DNA of 63,371 nt, filler included. It is 4 parts of 4 records of this genome, joined end to end, with 100 filler letters (N's around TTAATTAATTAA, not from the genome) between each part and the next. Parts side by side here need not be neighbours in the genome. Positions count along the whole stretch, not along the records: positions 15,442 to 35,256 come from SRR22947725_581; positions 35,357 to 49,670 come from SRR22947725_585; 2 more parts are not named here. The stretch is one strand, 5' to 3'. The notes under the pieces are model-generated. The model did not search any database. It worked only from the letters and a program-made list of their open reading frames with translations, and was not told where the DNA came from. Both the position numbers and the translations under genes were made by a program. This document shows, piece by piece, positions 28,901-37,852 of this stretch; within the stretch, counting starts at the first letter, position 1; every line of letters starts with the position of its first letter.

Positions 28901-29108
28901 GATTTGCACCCGATGGTATAGCTATTGTAAAAACACCATCAAAGTTAGTTACAGCACCAAGATTATCTGAATCTTTTACCTGAACAGTTACCCCTGGAAG
29001 AGGTAATCCAGACTCATCGTTGACAGTTCCTGTAACTAAGTTGGATTGTGAAAAAGCAATTAAAGGAGTTAAAACCGATAAAATAATTATACGGAAAATG
29101 ATTTTCAT
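25917..29108 (-). CDS. susC: SusC/RagA TonB-dependent transporter
   Basis: LEEVVVIGYG, LKDASATAIYGSRGANGVVLITTKKG, NPDLTWET, IEDGSYLRL, YSGYDPE, C-terminal Phe. Confidence 0.97.
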   Translation of the reverse strand: MKIIFRIIILSVLTPLIAFSQSNLVTGTVNDESGLPLPGVTVQVKDSDNLGAVTNFDGVFTIAIPSGANQSLVLSYVGYATEEVDVSEQSTFSLNMQVDTDELEEVVVIGYGTVLKKDISGSISSVSVNDEVATQSNSVDQLLQGRASGVQVIQNSAAPGSGISVKIRGTNSLRGNNEPLYVIDGIIISSAGEDVLPTGGGNTGQQTQNGLNGINPRDIESIQVLKDASATAIYGSRGANGVVLITTKKGTSGKAKISAFLTNSVRSATNKIDVLGAFGFAEYINELDGINGFLPRYSFSGDSIFIGREGQGPVRPTDLYNWQDEIYGDGFSQKFGASASGGGENGNYYISAGFDNQQGVVRTSTFKSSDIRINLNQNLNENLKLQARISGFMNSGNFAEGGDLLGGANTSFVRNVISYRPIIDHDLDDVYSEGNFTTNPFAWQKDFSDISKEVRFIGSVGLTYKLPVKGLSYEIKYGGNIRTKDRRRFYGLSTFQGLNSNGTLQISTINAKTHQFNNIVRFNRKFNRRHRVNAMVGLTYDVRDVENSIYAVEDFLTMQFTTNQPAYGNVVTRPLTYVKADQQIFSMLGRVNYTFDNKYILTATVRRDGISKFADNNQYGVFPSIAFAWNAGNERFIQNLDIFESLKFRAGWGQIGNHGIGPYGSLSNYGVSNLYGNADGGTNVPIALQNLSNPDLTWETTEQSNFGVDFTTLNGVVSGNIDVYDKMTKDLLQNSEIPPSSGFTRILVNKGNITNKGVELALNITPISTDDVELSFGGNISFNKTQIVNLESQPLLGFYENGVLTDRRFYFGNSISRGQYFRYPANVFVEGEESSLFYGFETDGIYQTEDTDLVEGAVAGDVRRVDQLTEDTDGDGILDSGDGIIDEKDRTFIGNPNPDYVYGFNFNLRYKGWNISALFNGVYGNDIANGMLLQLDNAEGREFANIMPRAYYNAWRPDSPSNTHPRIGYRTEGQIAITDRIIEDGSYLRLNNLTIGYDIPVSENKFINNLNVYIAGQNLFTWTNYSGYDPEVSTFLYTGLINGVDWNSGINARNVLMGVNIKF

Positions 29109-29291
29109 AGTTTAGAATATTTAGTTAGTTTATAATTTATATAATCATTTTTTAAAGGATTTTAAATTACAACCGCATAAAAATGAATATTTAATAAAAT
29201 TACAAAGACTAGCTAATTAAAATTAATAAGTTTGAAGAAAAATATGTAAAATTTGAAGCGATACTTCTTTAAACAAAAAAAATTAAATAGT

Positions 29292-32200
29292 CTAATCTAA
29301 ATATATTGGACCACCCGCATCTTCAAGTAACTTTCCTAACTCTCTCACTTGTTCAACAAAACTATCAATTTTAGGTTTTGATCTTTCATACATTTGCTTT
29401 GCTATTTCAAAACTTTGCATGTGTAATTCTGTAGGTCCATATGAATTTGGATACCAACCTCCCCTAGCTTTCATTAGCCTGTCCATTATGTTCAGTCTGT
29501 CTTTTTCACCAATTTCAGCTTTTGCAGCACTTCCCGAAAATTCTCTATCCAAGACATTCATTTTATCTCTTAATAGATAAACTGCTTTAGTAAGCTCTTC
29601 TTCATTTGTATTAACTTGATTTAAATTTCTCTCATAAGTAGCAACACGTGACATTGCTTTCGTAAAAACATGAGATGATTTATTAATTGATGTTGTTAAT
29701 TCAGCTAAGTCAGTATTATATTGTTCGTGTTTATCAGCATTAGGGTTTTTAAGAATATTTTCTCTAATACGTTCTACTGTAATTGAAACTGGATCAGATA
29801 ATTTTGTTAAATCACCACCCACTCTTTTAAAAAGTGTTGCAGAATAAGTGCCAGGATTAACATTAGTCATAATTCCTCTAGATCCACCCCATCTTTGACT
29901 ATTTGCAGAACCTGAAGTAACATTAACTGTTGTCGCTTTAGAAGTTCTTAGATTCCATGTTACTCTATGAGTTCCTTTTTTAAGCGGCCCAGAAATCTGA
30001 TCTACAATATTACCAGCATTATCTGTAATCATTAAAATAGCTTCAGATTTAGGTTCAACAATTTCTTTATCTAATGCTTCCCAACCAGGAAATGGAATGT
30101 CAGAGTTTTTTAATTTTCTTTCCATTTTTTGACGCTTATCCCTGATTGAAACATGAGGGGTTTCTGATAAATGATAGGTTATAGTGGCTCCATAATTAGG
30201 GTTTTTAGCTACATAAGTAGACCCTCCTGAACTACCTGAACCACCCATTATTTGATTATATTGTAATGCTTTTCTTGTTGAAAATAAAAATGCCTCTTTA
30301 TTAAGATTATCTTCTGTCATTTCTCTTAAAGGACTATAATCATCTAACACATAAAAACTTCTTCCAAAAGTAGCTAAGACTAAATCATTTTCACGTTTTT
30401 GAATAGCTAAATCTCTAATAGAGATAGTAGGTAAACCATTCGAAAATTTATGCCATTTATCACCTTGATTTAAACTAACATAAACACCATATTCAGTACC
30501 TAAGAATAGTAAATTAGGGTTTACATGATCTTGAACCAAACGCCATACTAAAGTGCCATCTGGAATACCATTAACTATTGACTTCCATTTTTTTCCTCCG
30601 TTTGTAGTTTTGTATAAATAGGGACTGTAATCACCAAACTTGTGGTTATCCAACGCCACATATGCAACATTTTCGTCATGTAAATCTACTTTAATATCAT
30701 TGACAAATGCAGAAGCTGGAACGTCAGGTAATTCATCGACAGTCATTTTTGTCCAGTTATCACCTCCATCTCTTGTATATTGGATAATACCGTCATCTGT
30801 TCCAGCATAAAGAACATTTTCGTTAGTTTTAGATTCTGATAAAGATGTTATGGTATTGTAGGTTGACATTGCATAAACATCTAATGCATTGTCAAAACTT
30901 TGAACTCTACCCATAATTGGCAAACTAAGTCTTTCTTCATTTTTTGTTAAATCAGTTGAAATAGTAAACCAACTATCTCCTCTATTTTCAGATCTCCAAA
31001 CTCTTTGAGTACCAAAATAAAGTCGTTTAGGGTCATGTTGACTAACAAGAATTGGAGCATCCCAATTAAACCTTTCGTATGGTTCATCTATTCCTTCATG
31101 AGGTCTGATATTTACTGCCTCACCTGTTGTTCTATCAATTCGATTAATATAACCTTGTTGAGATTGAGCATACATAATGTCCGGATTACCAGGTTCTGTT
31201 GCTGGTTGATGTCCATCACCACCTAAAACAACATACCAATCATCATTACTAATTCCGTTTCTTTTGAAAGTTCTAGAAGGCCCCCCTTGAGTATTGTTAT
31301 CCTGAGTTCCACCATAAATATTGTAAAATGGCTCAGCATCATCAACTGCTAATTTGTAAAATTGAGTCAAAGGTAAATTGGAAACATACTTCCAATTTTT
31401 AGAATTATCAAAAGATTCATAAATACCACCATCAGTTCCAATTAACATGTAATTAGGATCATTTTCTTTAAATGTTAATGAATGATTATCAGAATGTTTT
31501 TGAGACTCTTTCATTTGATAGAAATTTTTACCACCGTCATCAGAAACTAAAACTCGAACATTCATTAGATATATTTTATCAAATTCATGAGGAGAAGCTA
31601 CTAATTCCTGGTAGTAATGAGGTCCTGTTCCACCTGAAACAGTATTAGACATCTTACTCCAACTACCTCCACTATTTGATGTGCGATATACAGCCCCTTG
31701 ACGTCTATCAAGTTCAATTGCAGCATATAAAACTGTGGGGTTTATAGGAGAAATAGCTAAACCTATTTTACCCATATTTGATCTAGGTAATCCTTTGTTA
31801 ATTTTAAACCAATTGTCTCCACCATCTGTACTTTTGTAAAGTGCAGTACCTGGGCCACCGTCAATTAGTCCTGCAACATTACGATGTCTTTGCCAGCTAG
31901 CAGCATAAAGGATATTTGGATTAGTCGGATCAATAACTAGATCGGTAACGCCAGTCCACTCATTAATTTCTAAATTATTCTTCCAAGTTTTACCTCCATC
32001 TGTAGATTTAAATAAACCTCTTTCACCGCCAGAACTCCATAATGGACCTTGAGATGCAACCCAAATTATATCAGAATTGTCTGGATGAATTATTATTTTA
32101 GAAAGATGTTCTGATTTTTTAAGACCCATGTCTTTCCATGATTTACCTCCATCTAAACTGTGATAAATACCATGTCCTATTCCTATATGTCTACCTCCAA

Positions 32201-32558
32201 CATTTTCTCCTGTTCCAAGCCATATAGATGCAGAATTATTAGGATCTATAGTTATGCAACCTGTAGCAAAAAAAGGCTGATTATCTGTTAATGGTTGCCA
32301 TGTAGTTCCGGCATTTTCTGTTTTCCATGTACCTCCAGATGAAACAGCTACATACCATATGTTTTCGTTATTAGGATCGATTGCAATATCAGAAATTCTA
32401 CCAGACATAAATGCTGGTCCTATACTTCTGAACTGAAACCCATTTAATGCTGTATCAATTGGGGATTTTTGTTTGTCATCTTCTTTACCTTGACCCATAG
32501 TTGAAAAATATGAGAAAAAGATTATTAGAGAAACAAAATAAAGTTTTAAGTTTTTCAT
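29292..32558 (-). CDS. VPS10/BNR (Asp-box) repeat beta-propeller protein (putative glycosyl hydrolase)
   Basis: FRSIGPAFMSGRI, repeated S/TxDGGxTW boxes, GGTQDN, RFNWDAP, ATFGRSF. Confidence 0.85.
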   Translation of the reverse strand: MKNLKLYFVSLIIFFSYFSTMGQGKEDDKQKSPIDTALNGFQFRSIGPAFMSGRISDIAIDPNNENIWYVAVSSGGTWKTENAGTTWQPLTDNQPFFATGCITIDPNNSASIWLGTGENVGGRHIGIGHGIYHSLDGGKSWKDMGLKKSEHLSKIIIHPDNSDIIWVASQGPLWSSGGERGLFKSTDGGKTWKNNLEINEWTGVTDLVIDPTNPNILYAASWQRHRNVAGLIDGGPGTALYKSTDGGDNWFKINKGLPRSNMGKIGLAISPINPTVLYAAIELDRRQGAVYRTSNSGGSWSKMSNTVSGGTGPHYYQELVASPHEFDKIYLMNVRVLVSDDGGKNFYQMKESQKHSDNHSLTFKENDPNYMLIGTDGGIYESFDNSKNWKYVSNLPLTQFYKLAVDDAEPFYNIYGGTQDNNTQGGPSRTFKRNGISNDDWYVVLGGDGHQPATEPGNPDIMYAQSQQGYINRIDRTTGEAVNIRPHEGIDEPYERFNWDAPILVSQHDPKRLYFGTQRVWRSENRGDSWFTISTDLTKNEERLSLPIMGRVQSFDNALDVYAMSTYNTITSLSESKTNENVLYAGTDDGIIQYTRDGGDNWTKMTVDELPDVPASAFVNDIKVDLHDENVAYVALDNHKFGDYSPYLYKTTNGGKKWKSIVNGIPDGTLVWRLVQDHVNPNLLFLGTEYGVYVSLNQGDKWHKFSNGLPTISIRDLAIQKRENDLVLATFGRSFYVLDDYSPLREMTEDNLNKEAFLFSTRKALQYNQIMGGSGSSGGSTYVAKNPNYGATITYHLSETPHVSIRDKRQKMERKLKNSDIPFPGWEALDKEIVEPKSEAILMITDNAGNIVDQISGPLKKGTHRVTWNLRTSKATTVNVTSGSANSQRWGGSRGIMTNVNPGTYSATLFKRVGGDLTKLSDPVSITVERIRENILKNPNADKHEQYNTDLAELTTSINKSSHVFTKAMSRVATYERNLNQVNTNEEELTKAVYLLRDKMNVLDREFSGSAAKAEIGEKDRLNIMDRLMKARGGWYPNSYGPTELHMQSFEIAKQMYERSKPKIDSFVEQVRELGKLLEDAGGPIYLD

Positions 32559-32674
32559 AAAAAATATATTATAATTAGTCTTTGAAATTAATGAAAAAAA
32601 AGAAATTTTATCAATAAATAATCATCTAAATTTTAATATCGAAGGTATCTATATAATTTCCATACTTTTACACT

Positions 32675-34234
32675 ATGATAAAAGAAATTCAGTTAAGAAT
32701 AAATCTTATTGAAGAAAAAAAAGAAGATATTCTCACATATAAAGCTTCGAAAAAACTCGATATTGATATTGAGGAAATATCAGCAATCAAAGTATTACGT
32801 AAGTCTATCGATGCTCGTAAAAAAGAAACGATTTTCAATTACAAGGTAGCTGTCTATATAAATGAATCAATTACTGAAAAACAGAACTACAAATTTGAAT
32901 ATAAAGACGTTTCAAAATCTAAAGAAGTTCATATTATAGGTTTTGGGCCAGCAGGGATGTATGCGGCATTAAGATGTTTGGAGCTAGGTTATAAACCAAT
33001 TGTTCTGGAGCGAGGAAAAAATGTTCAAGATAGAAGAAGAGATATTCGTGCTATTAATCAAGAACATATTGTTGATAAAGACTCTAATTATTGTTTTGGA
33101 GAGGGTGGTGCAGGAACATATTCAGACGGTAAATTATATACTCGTTCTTTAAAAAGAGGAGATGTTAGAAGGATTTTTGAAAGTTTAGTTTACCATGGTG
33201 CAACAGAACAAATTTTAATTGATGCCCATCCTCATATAGGAACCAATAAATTACCTAAAATAATTCAAAAGATTAGAGAAACAATTATAAAATTTGGTGG
33301 TGAAATTAATTTTAATTCTCGAGTTATAGATTTTGTTATTTCTAATAACAAGTTAAAAGCTATTCGATTAGAAAATAATGAAGAATTAAATGTAGATTGT
33401 GTAATCTTAGCAACTGGACATTCAGCAAGGGATATTTATAATTTACTTCATAAAAAAAATATATCAATAAAAGCAAAGTCTTTTGCAATGGGAGTTAGAG
33501 TGGAACATCCTCAACAAATTATTGATCAAATTCAGTATAACTGTAATGGTGAAAGAGATACATTGTTACCTGCAGCTGCCTACAGCTTAGTAAAGCAAGT
33601 GAACGAAAGAGGAGTGTATTCCTTCTGTATGTGTCCTGGAGGTTTTATTGTCCCTGCTGCAACAGATTCTGGAGAAGTCGTTGTAAATGGAATGTCACCA
33701 TCTAGAAGAAATAATAAATTTGCAAATTCTGGTATTGTAGTTGAATTAGATATTGATAAAGATTTTAAAAAGTATGAAGAATATGGTCCTTTAAGAGGTT
33801 TAGAATTTCAAAAAGATTTAGAAAAAATTTCATATTACGCAGGTGGAAGAACTCAAACTGCACCAGCTCAACGATTAACTGATTTTGTTGAAGGTAAGTT
33901 GTCATCAAATTTAAATGATTGCTCTTATCAACCAGGTTTAAAATCAGCACCGCTTCATTCTTTGTTACCTAGAATAATAGGAAGTAGATTGAGAAAAGGA
34001 TTTAAATCCTTTGGTAAAAAAATGAATGGTTATTATACAGAACAAGCTAATATTATTGGAGTAGAATCTAGGACTTCATCACCAATTAATATTCCAAGAA
34101 AGATAAATTTAGAGCATATTCGTATTAAAGGACTATTTCCTTGTGGAGAAGGTGGTGGTTACGCAGGTGGAATAGTATCTGCAGCAATGGACGGAGAAAG
34201 ATGTGCAGAAGCGGCTATAAAGACCTTACAATAA
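32675..34234 (+). CDS. FAD-dependent oxidoreductase (COG2509-like)
   Basis: IIGFGPAG, FGEGGAGTYSDGKL, HPHIGT, FCMCPGG, GEGGGYAGGIVSAA. Confidence 0.88.
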   Translation: MIKEIQLRINLIEEKKEDILTYKASKKLDIDIEEISAIKVLRKSIDARKKETIFNYKVAVYINESITEKQNYKFEYKDVSKSKEVHIIGFGPAGMYAALRCLELGYKPIVLERGKNVQDRRRDIRAINQEHIVDKDSNYCFGEGGAGTYSDGKLYTRSLKRGDVRRIFESLVYHGATEQILIDAHPHIGTNKLPKIIQKIRETIIKFGGEINFNSRVIDFVISNNKLKAIRLENNEELNVDCVILATGHSARDIYNLLHKKNISIKAKSFAMGVRVEHPQQIIDQIQYNCNGERDTLLPAAAYSLVKQVNERGVYSFCMCPGGFIVPAATDSGEVVVNGMSPSRRNNKFANSGIVVELDIDKDFKKYEEYGPLRGLEFQKDLEKISYYAGGRTQTAPAQRLTDFVEGKLSSNLNDCSYQPGLKSAPLHSLLPRIIGSRLRKGFKSFGKKMNGYYTEQANIIGVESRTSSPINIPRKINLEHIRIKGLFPCGEGGGYAGGIVSAAMDGERCAEAAIKTLQ

Positions 34235-34326
34235 ATAATAAAAGGTTGAAAGTATTTCTAATTGAAAAACTAACAACCAATTATTCGGGTTTGGCATTCC
34301 GAACTACAAATATAATAAAAATGCAA

Positions 34327-35256
34327 TTATTTATTAATGGATTCAAGATCGAATATAAAGGCATAAATGGAAGCTATCTCTTTTAATGATTCAAAACGAC
34401 CTGAAGATCCCCCATGCCCAGCATCCATATTAGTATTTAAATATAACTTGGAAGTGTTTTTTGATAAACTTCTTAAACGTGCTACCCATTTAGCAGGCTC
34501 CCAATATTGTACTTGTGAATCATAGAGTCCTGTAGTAACTAATAGATTAGGATAGTTTTTATTTGTTATGTTGTCATAAGGAGAGTAAGATAACATGTAT
34601 TTATAATAATCTTCATCATTAGGGTTACCCCACTCGTCGTACTCACCAGTTGTTAATGGAATATCTTCATCTAACATGGTCGTAACTACATCAACAAAAG
34701 GAACCTGAGCAACAACTCCATTATAAAGATCTGGAGACATATTTATGACTGCTCCCATCAACAATCCTCCTGCGCTCCCACCCATTGCATACAAATTTTT
34801 AGGGCTAGTGTAGTTGTTTTCAATTAAATACTTGGAACTATCAATAAAATCTGAAAATGAGTTTTTCTTTTTTAATAATTTACCATTCTCATACCATTGA
34901 CGCCCCATGTATTCCCCACCTCTAATATGTGCAATAGCATAAATAAACCCTCTGTCTAACAGGCTTAATCTAACTGTTGAAAAATAAGGATCTATCGTAG
35001 ATCCATAAGAACCATAAGCATATTGTAATAATGGTGTATTAGAGTTTATTTTTGTGTCTTTATGATGGACTAAAGATATTGGTATTTTTGTACCATCAGA
35101 TGCAGTAGCCCATAATCTTTTTGAAATATAATTTTCTTTCTTAAAATTAACATTTAAAACTTCTTGTTCCTTTAAAATATTTATTTCTTTAGTAAGCATA
35201 TCAAACTCAATAACAGAAGAAGGAGTTGTTAAAGATTGGTAACTATATCGAAGTTT
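34327..35256 (-). CDS. ptrB: Oligopeptidase B (S9A), 5' truncated at contig end
   Basis: YGSYG, HIRGG, GGSAGG (Ser), [17 protein letters not shown]; frame open to the contig edge ([15 protein letters not shown]). Confidence 0.92.
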   Translation of the reverse strand, partial: KLRYSYQSLTTPSSVIEFDMLTKEINILKEQEVLNVNFKKENYISKRLWATASDGTKIPISLVHHKDTKINSNTPLLQYAYGSYGSTIDPYFSTVRLSLLDRGFIYAIAHIRGGEYMGRQWYENGKLLKKKNSFSDFIDSSKYLIENNYTSPKNLYAMGGSAGGLLMGAVINMSPDLYNGVVAQVPFVDVVTTMLDEDIPLTTGEYDEWGNPNDEDYYKYMLSYSPYDNITNKNYPNLLVTTGLYDSQVQYWEPAKWVARLRSLSKNTSKLYLNTNMDAGHGGSSGRFESLKEIASIYAFIFDLESINK

Positions 35257-35356
35257 NNNNNNNNNNNNNNNNNNNNNNNNNNNNNNNNNNNNNNNNNNNN
35301 TTAATTAATTAANNNNNNNNNNNNNNNNNNNNNNNNNNNNNNNNNNNNNNNNNNNN
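35257..35356. other. Synthetic contig-joining linker
   Basis: Same 44 N + TTAATTAATTAA + 44 N pattern; separates Bacteroidota from Alphaproteobacteria sequence. Confidence 0.98.
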
Positions 35357-35357
35357 A

Positions 35358-36377
35358 CATGATAGATATTTTTTAGATGAAGTTGCCGGATGGATTTTAG
35401 AGTTAGACCGAGGTGAAGGAATTCCTTATAAAGGAAATTATTCAGGCTGGTTGGAGCAAAAACAAAAAAGATTAGAATTAGAAGGGAAAATAGAAGAGGC
35501 GAGAAAAAGGAAGTTAAATGAAGAATTAGAATGGATTAAAGCAGCCCCCCGTGCTCGACAAGCTAAATCCAAGGCAAGAATATCCTCCTACGAAGAACTA
35601 GTTGCCAGAGAACAAAAAAAAGAGATCAATGTTGGAAATCTAGTTATTCCTCCTGCACCACGATTGGGTAGTGAAGTTATAAGCTTTGATAATGTTAGTA
35701 AGTCTTTTGGAGAGAAATTGTTAATAGATAGTCTGTCTTTTAAACTTCCCCCTGGAGGTATAATAGGTGTTATTGGAGCAAATGGTGCTGGAAAAACAAC
35801 TTTATTTAGGCTTATTACCCAAGAAGAAAAACCAGATAATGGCGAGATTTTAATTGGTGAGACAGTTAATTTAAACTATGTCGATCAATCTAGAGATGTT
35901 TTAAAACCAGAAAAAAATGTTTGGGAATCTATTTGTGATGGCCTTGACGAAATTCAAATTGGTAAAAAAACTATACAAAGTAGGGCATATGTAGGACAAT
36001 TTAATTTTAGGGGTTCTGACCAACAAAAAATTGTTAGCCAATTATCTGGAGGCGAAAGAAATAGAGTTCATTTAGCAAGAACTTTAAAAATACCTGGAAA
36101 TGTATTGTTACTTGATGAGCCAACTAACGATTTAGATGTAGATACTTTAAGATCATTAGAAGAAGCAATCTTAGAATTTTCAGGCTGTGTGGTAGTAATT
36201 TCGCATGACAGATGGTTTTTAAATAAACTTGCCACGCATATATTAGCGTTTGAAGGCGACAGTCATGTAGAATGGTTTGAAGGTAATTATCAAGATTATG
36301 AAAATGATAAAAGAAGAAGACTAGGTGAGGAATCTTTAAATCCTAAAAGAATGAAATATAAACCAATCATAAGGTAG
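35358..36377 (+). CDS. ettA: ABC-F translational throttle EttA, 5' truncated
   Basis: Frame open from the contig edge (HDRYFLDEVAGWILELDRG), ARQAKSKARI, GANGAGKT, LSGGERNR, LDEPTNDLD. Confidence 0.93.
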   Translation, partial: HDRYFLDEVAGWILELDRGEGIPYKGNYSGWLEQKQKRLELEGKIEEARKRKLNEELEWIKAAPRARQAKSKARISSYEELVAREQKKEINVGNLVIPPAPRLGSEVISFDNVSKSFGEKLLIDSLSFKLPPGGIIGVIGANGAGKTTLFRLITQEEKPDNGEILIGETVNLNYVDQSRDVLKPEKNVWESICDGLDEIQIGKKTIQSRAYVGQFNFRGSDQQKIVSQLSGGERNRVHLARTLKIPGNVLLLDEPTNDLDVDTLRSLEEAILEFSGCVVVISHDRWFLNKLATHILAFEGDSHVEWFEGNYQDYENDKRRRLGEESLNPKRMKYKPIIR

Positions 36378-36378
36378 A

Positions 36379-37011
36379 TTACTTTTTGATTTTAAGTTTT
36401 TCTATTAGAAAATCAAAATCACCTTTATTTTTCCTTAAGATAGATGTCGTTTCAGATTTATGAGAACGTATTAGTGATATACCCTCTATTTCCAAGTCAA
36501 GAATACTGAAAGCTTCATCTTTTCCTTTTGATAGTTTCCACAATAAGTTAATAGGAGGACTATTTTTTTTTCTATCTTCGATGATACCTCTTACATAAAC
36601 TAATTTTTTTCCTCTTAGTTCGGAGCTGAGAGGTTTATAAGACATTGTTGCAAGTGTGTTTAAATGATCTTCTATTGTGTTAACTATTTGATGAAGTAAA
36701 ACTAACTTGTATTTGCTTTTTTGATCATCAGTAGCTTTTTTCCAAAAGCTTCCAGTTGTAGCTTTAGCCATAAAATCTAAATTTATGTATTGGTTAATTA
36801 ATGGTGTTATCTTTTTAGAACGTTCTACAGAGCTTAATTCAATTGTTTCTAATGCATGCTTTTGGGCCTCTGCAATCATCTCCTCGATTATCTTATTACC
36901 TTGCTGCAAGTCATCCGAATACGAGTTATATATGAATACTGGAGAAAATAAAATACTCACCAATAATAAAATATACTTTAATTTATTCCAATAGTTTTTC
37001 AAATTCTTCAT
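36379..37011 (-). CDS. mlaC: MlaC/Ttg2D phospholipid-binding periplasmic protein
   Basis: G.FWKKAT..Q, ILDLEIEGISL; directly downstream of mlaA. Confidence 0.75.
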   Translation of the reverse strand: MKNLKNYWNKLKYILLLVSILFSPVFIYNSYSDDLQQGNKIIEEMIAEAQKHALETIELSSVERSKKITPLINQYINLDFMAKATTGSFWKKATDDQKSKYKLVLLHQIVNTIEDHLNTLATMSYKPLSSELRGKKLVYVRGIIEDRKKNSPPINLLWKLSKGKDEAFSILDLEIEGISLIRSHKSETTSILRKNKGDFDFLIEKLKIKK

Positions 37012-37720
37012 CTGTCTCTTTATTTTTTAAATTAATATATTTTTTACCATACACATTATTTCTTCTATTTTGAATATAGAAAGACCTTAGTTTAATATAA
37101 GGATCTGGGGATTCATAAATATTATCAATTGTTTTAGATAGTTTAGATCTTGTATCGATTGCGTTTAGAGGTGCTTCCAATAATCTTAAGTCATTTAAAG
37201 GAGCGGAAGAAATGTTAGACATAATGTTTGTATTCAAAATAGTTCCAGTGAATGCTCTACTTGTTTTAGGTCCAATAAATGGGACCATTAGGAATGGCCC
37301 TTCAGGCACATTATATTTTGCCAACGTAGATCCAAAATCTCTCTTCTTGATTGCTGTTTCTCCTTTATCTAAGTCGTAAAAGCCTAATGTTAATCCATTT
37401 AACATAAATTTTGCAGAAGCTAAGATTGTATTTTTAAAATCTATTTGAAACGAACTATTTAAAATTGTGTTTGGAGTATCTAACCAATCTATATGGTTTC
37501 TTATAGCTTTTCTAGTTGAGGCTGGTATTTCTTTTTCATAGGTTAAGCTAATTGGAGAAATAATTTTTTCATCAACTTTTTTATTAAAAGAGAACACTTG
37601 TCTGTTCATCCTTTCAAATGGGTCCATATTCTCTGACACAGTAATACTATTATTTGAACACCCACTTAAAATTATAATTAAAATTAAAATCTTATATGAT
37701 AAAGAGTAAGACATTTTCAT
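36983..37720 (-). CDS. mlaA: MlaA/VacJ lipoprotein
   Basis: LSGC lipobox, DPFERMNR, DFGSTL, GPFLMVPFIGP, DPY..RSFYIQNR. Confidence 0.9.
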   Translation of the reverse strand: MKMSYSLSYKILILIIILSGCSNNSITVSENMDPFERMNRQVFSFNKKVDEKIISPISLTYEKEIPASTRKAIRNHIDWLDTPNTILNSSFQIDFKNTILASAKFMLNGLTLGFYDLDKGETAIKKRDFGSTLAKYNVPEGPFLMVPFIGPKTSRAFTGTILNTNIMSNISSAPLNDLRLLEAPLNAIDTRSKLSKTIDNIYESPDPYIKLRSFYIQNRRNNVYGKKYINLKNKETDEEFEKLLE

Positions 37721-37852
37721 TTCATTAATAGAGCAGTTTAGGTTTAATTTAATATATACTTGATATTAAATATTTATAAATTTTGTACAAGTTAAACAAT
37801 CTATATGTTAAAAATATTAATTGAAAAATAAATTAGAAATTACTCCTACATT

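Noticed and set aside
34141-34386. 81-aa ORF bridging the FAD oxidoreductase and ptrB
   Set aside because: Overlaps both genes in alternative frames, TTG start, no motif.
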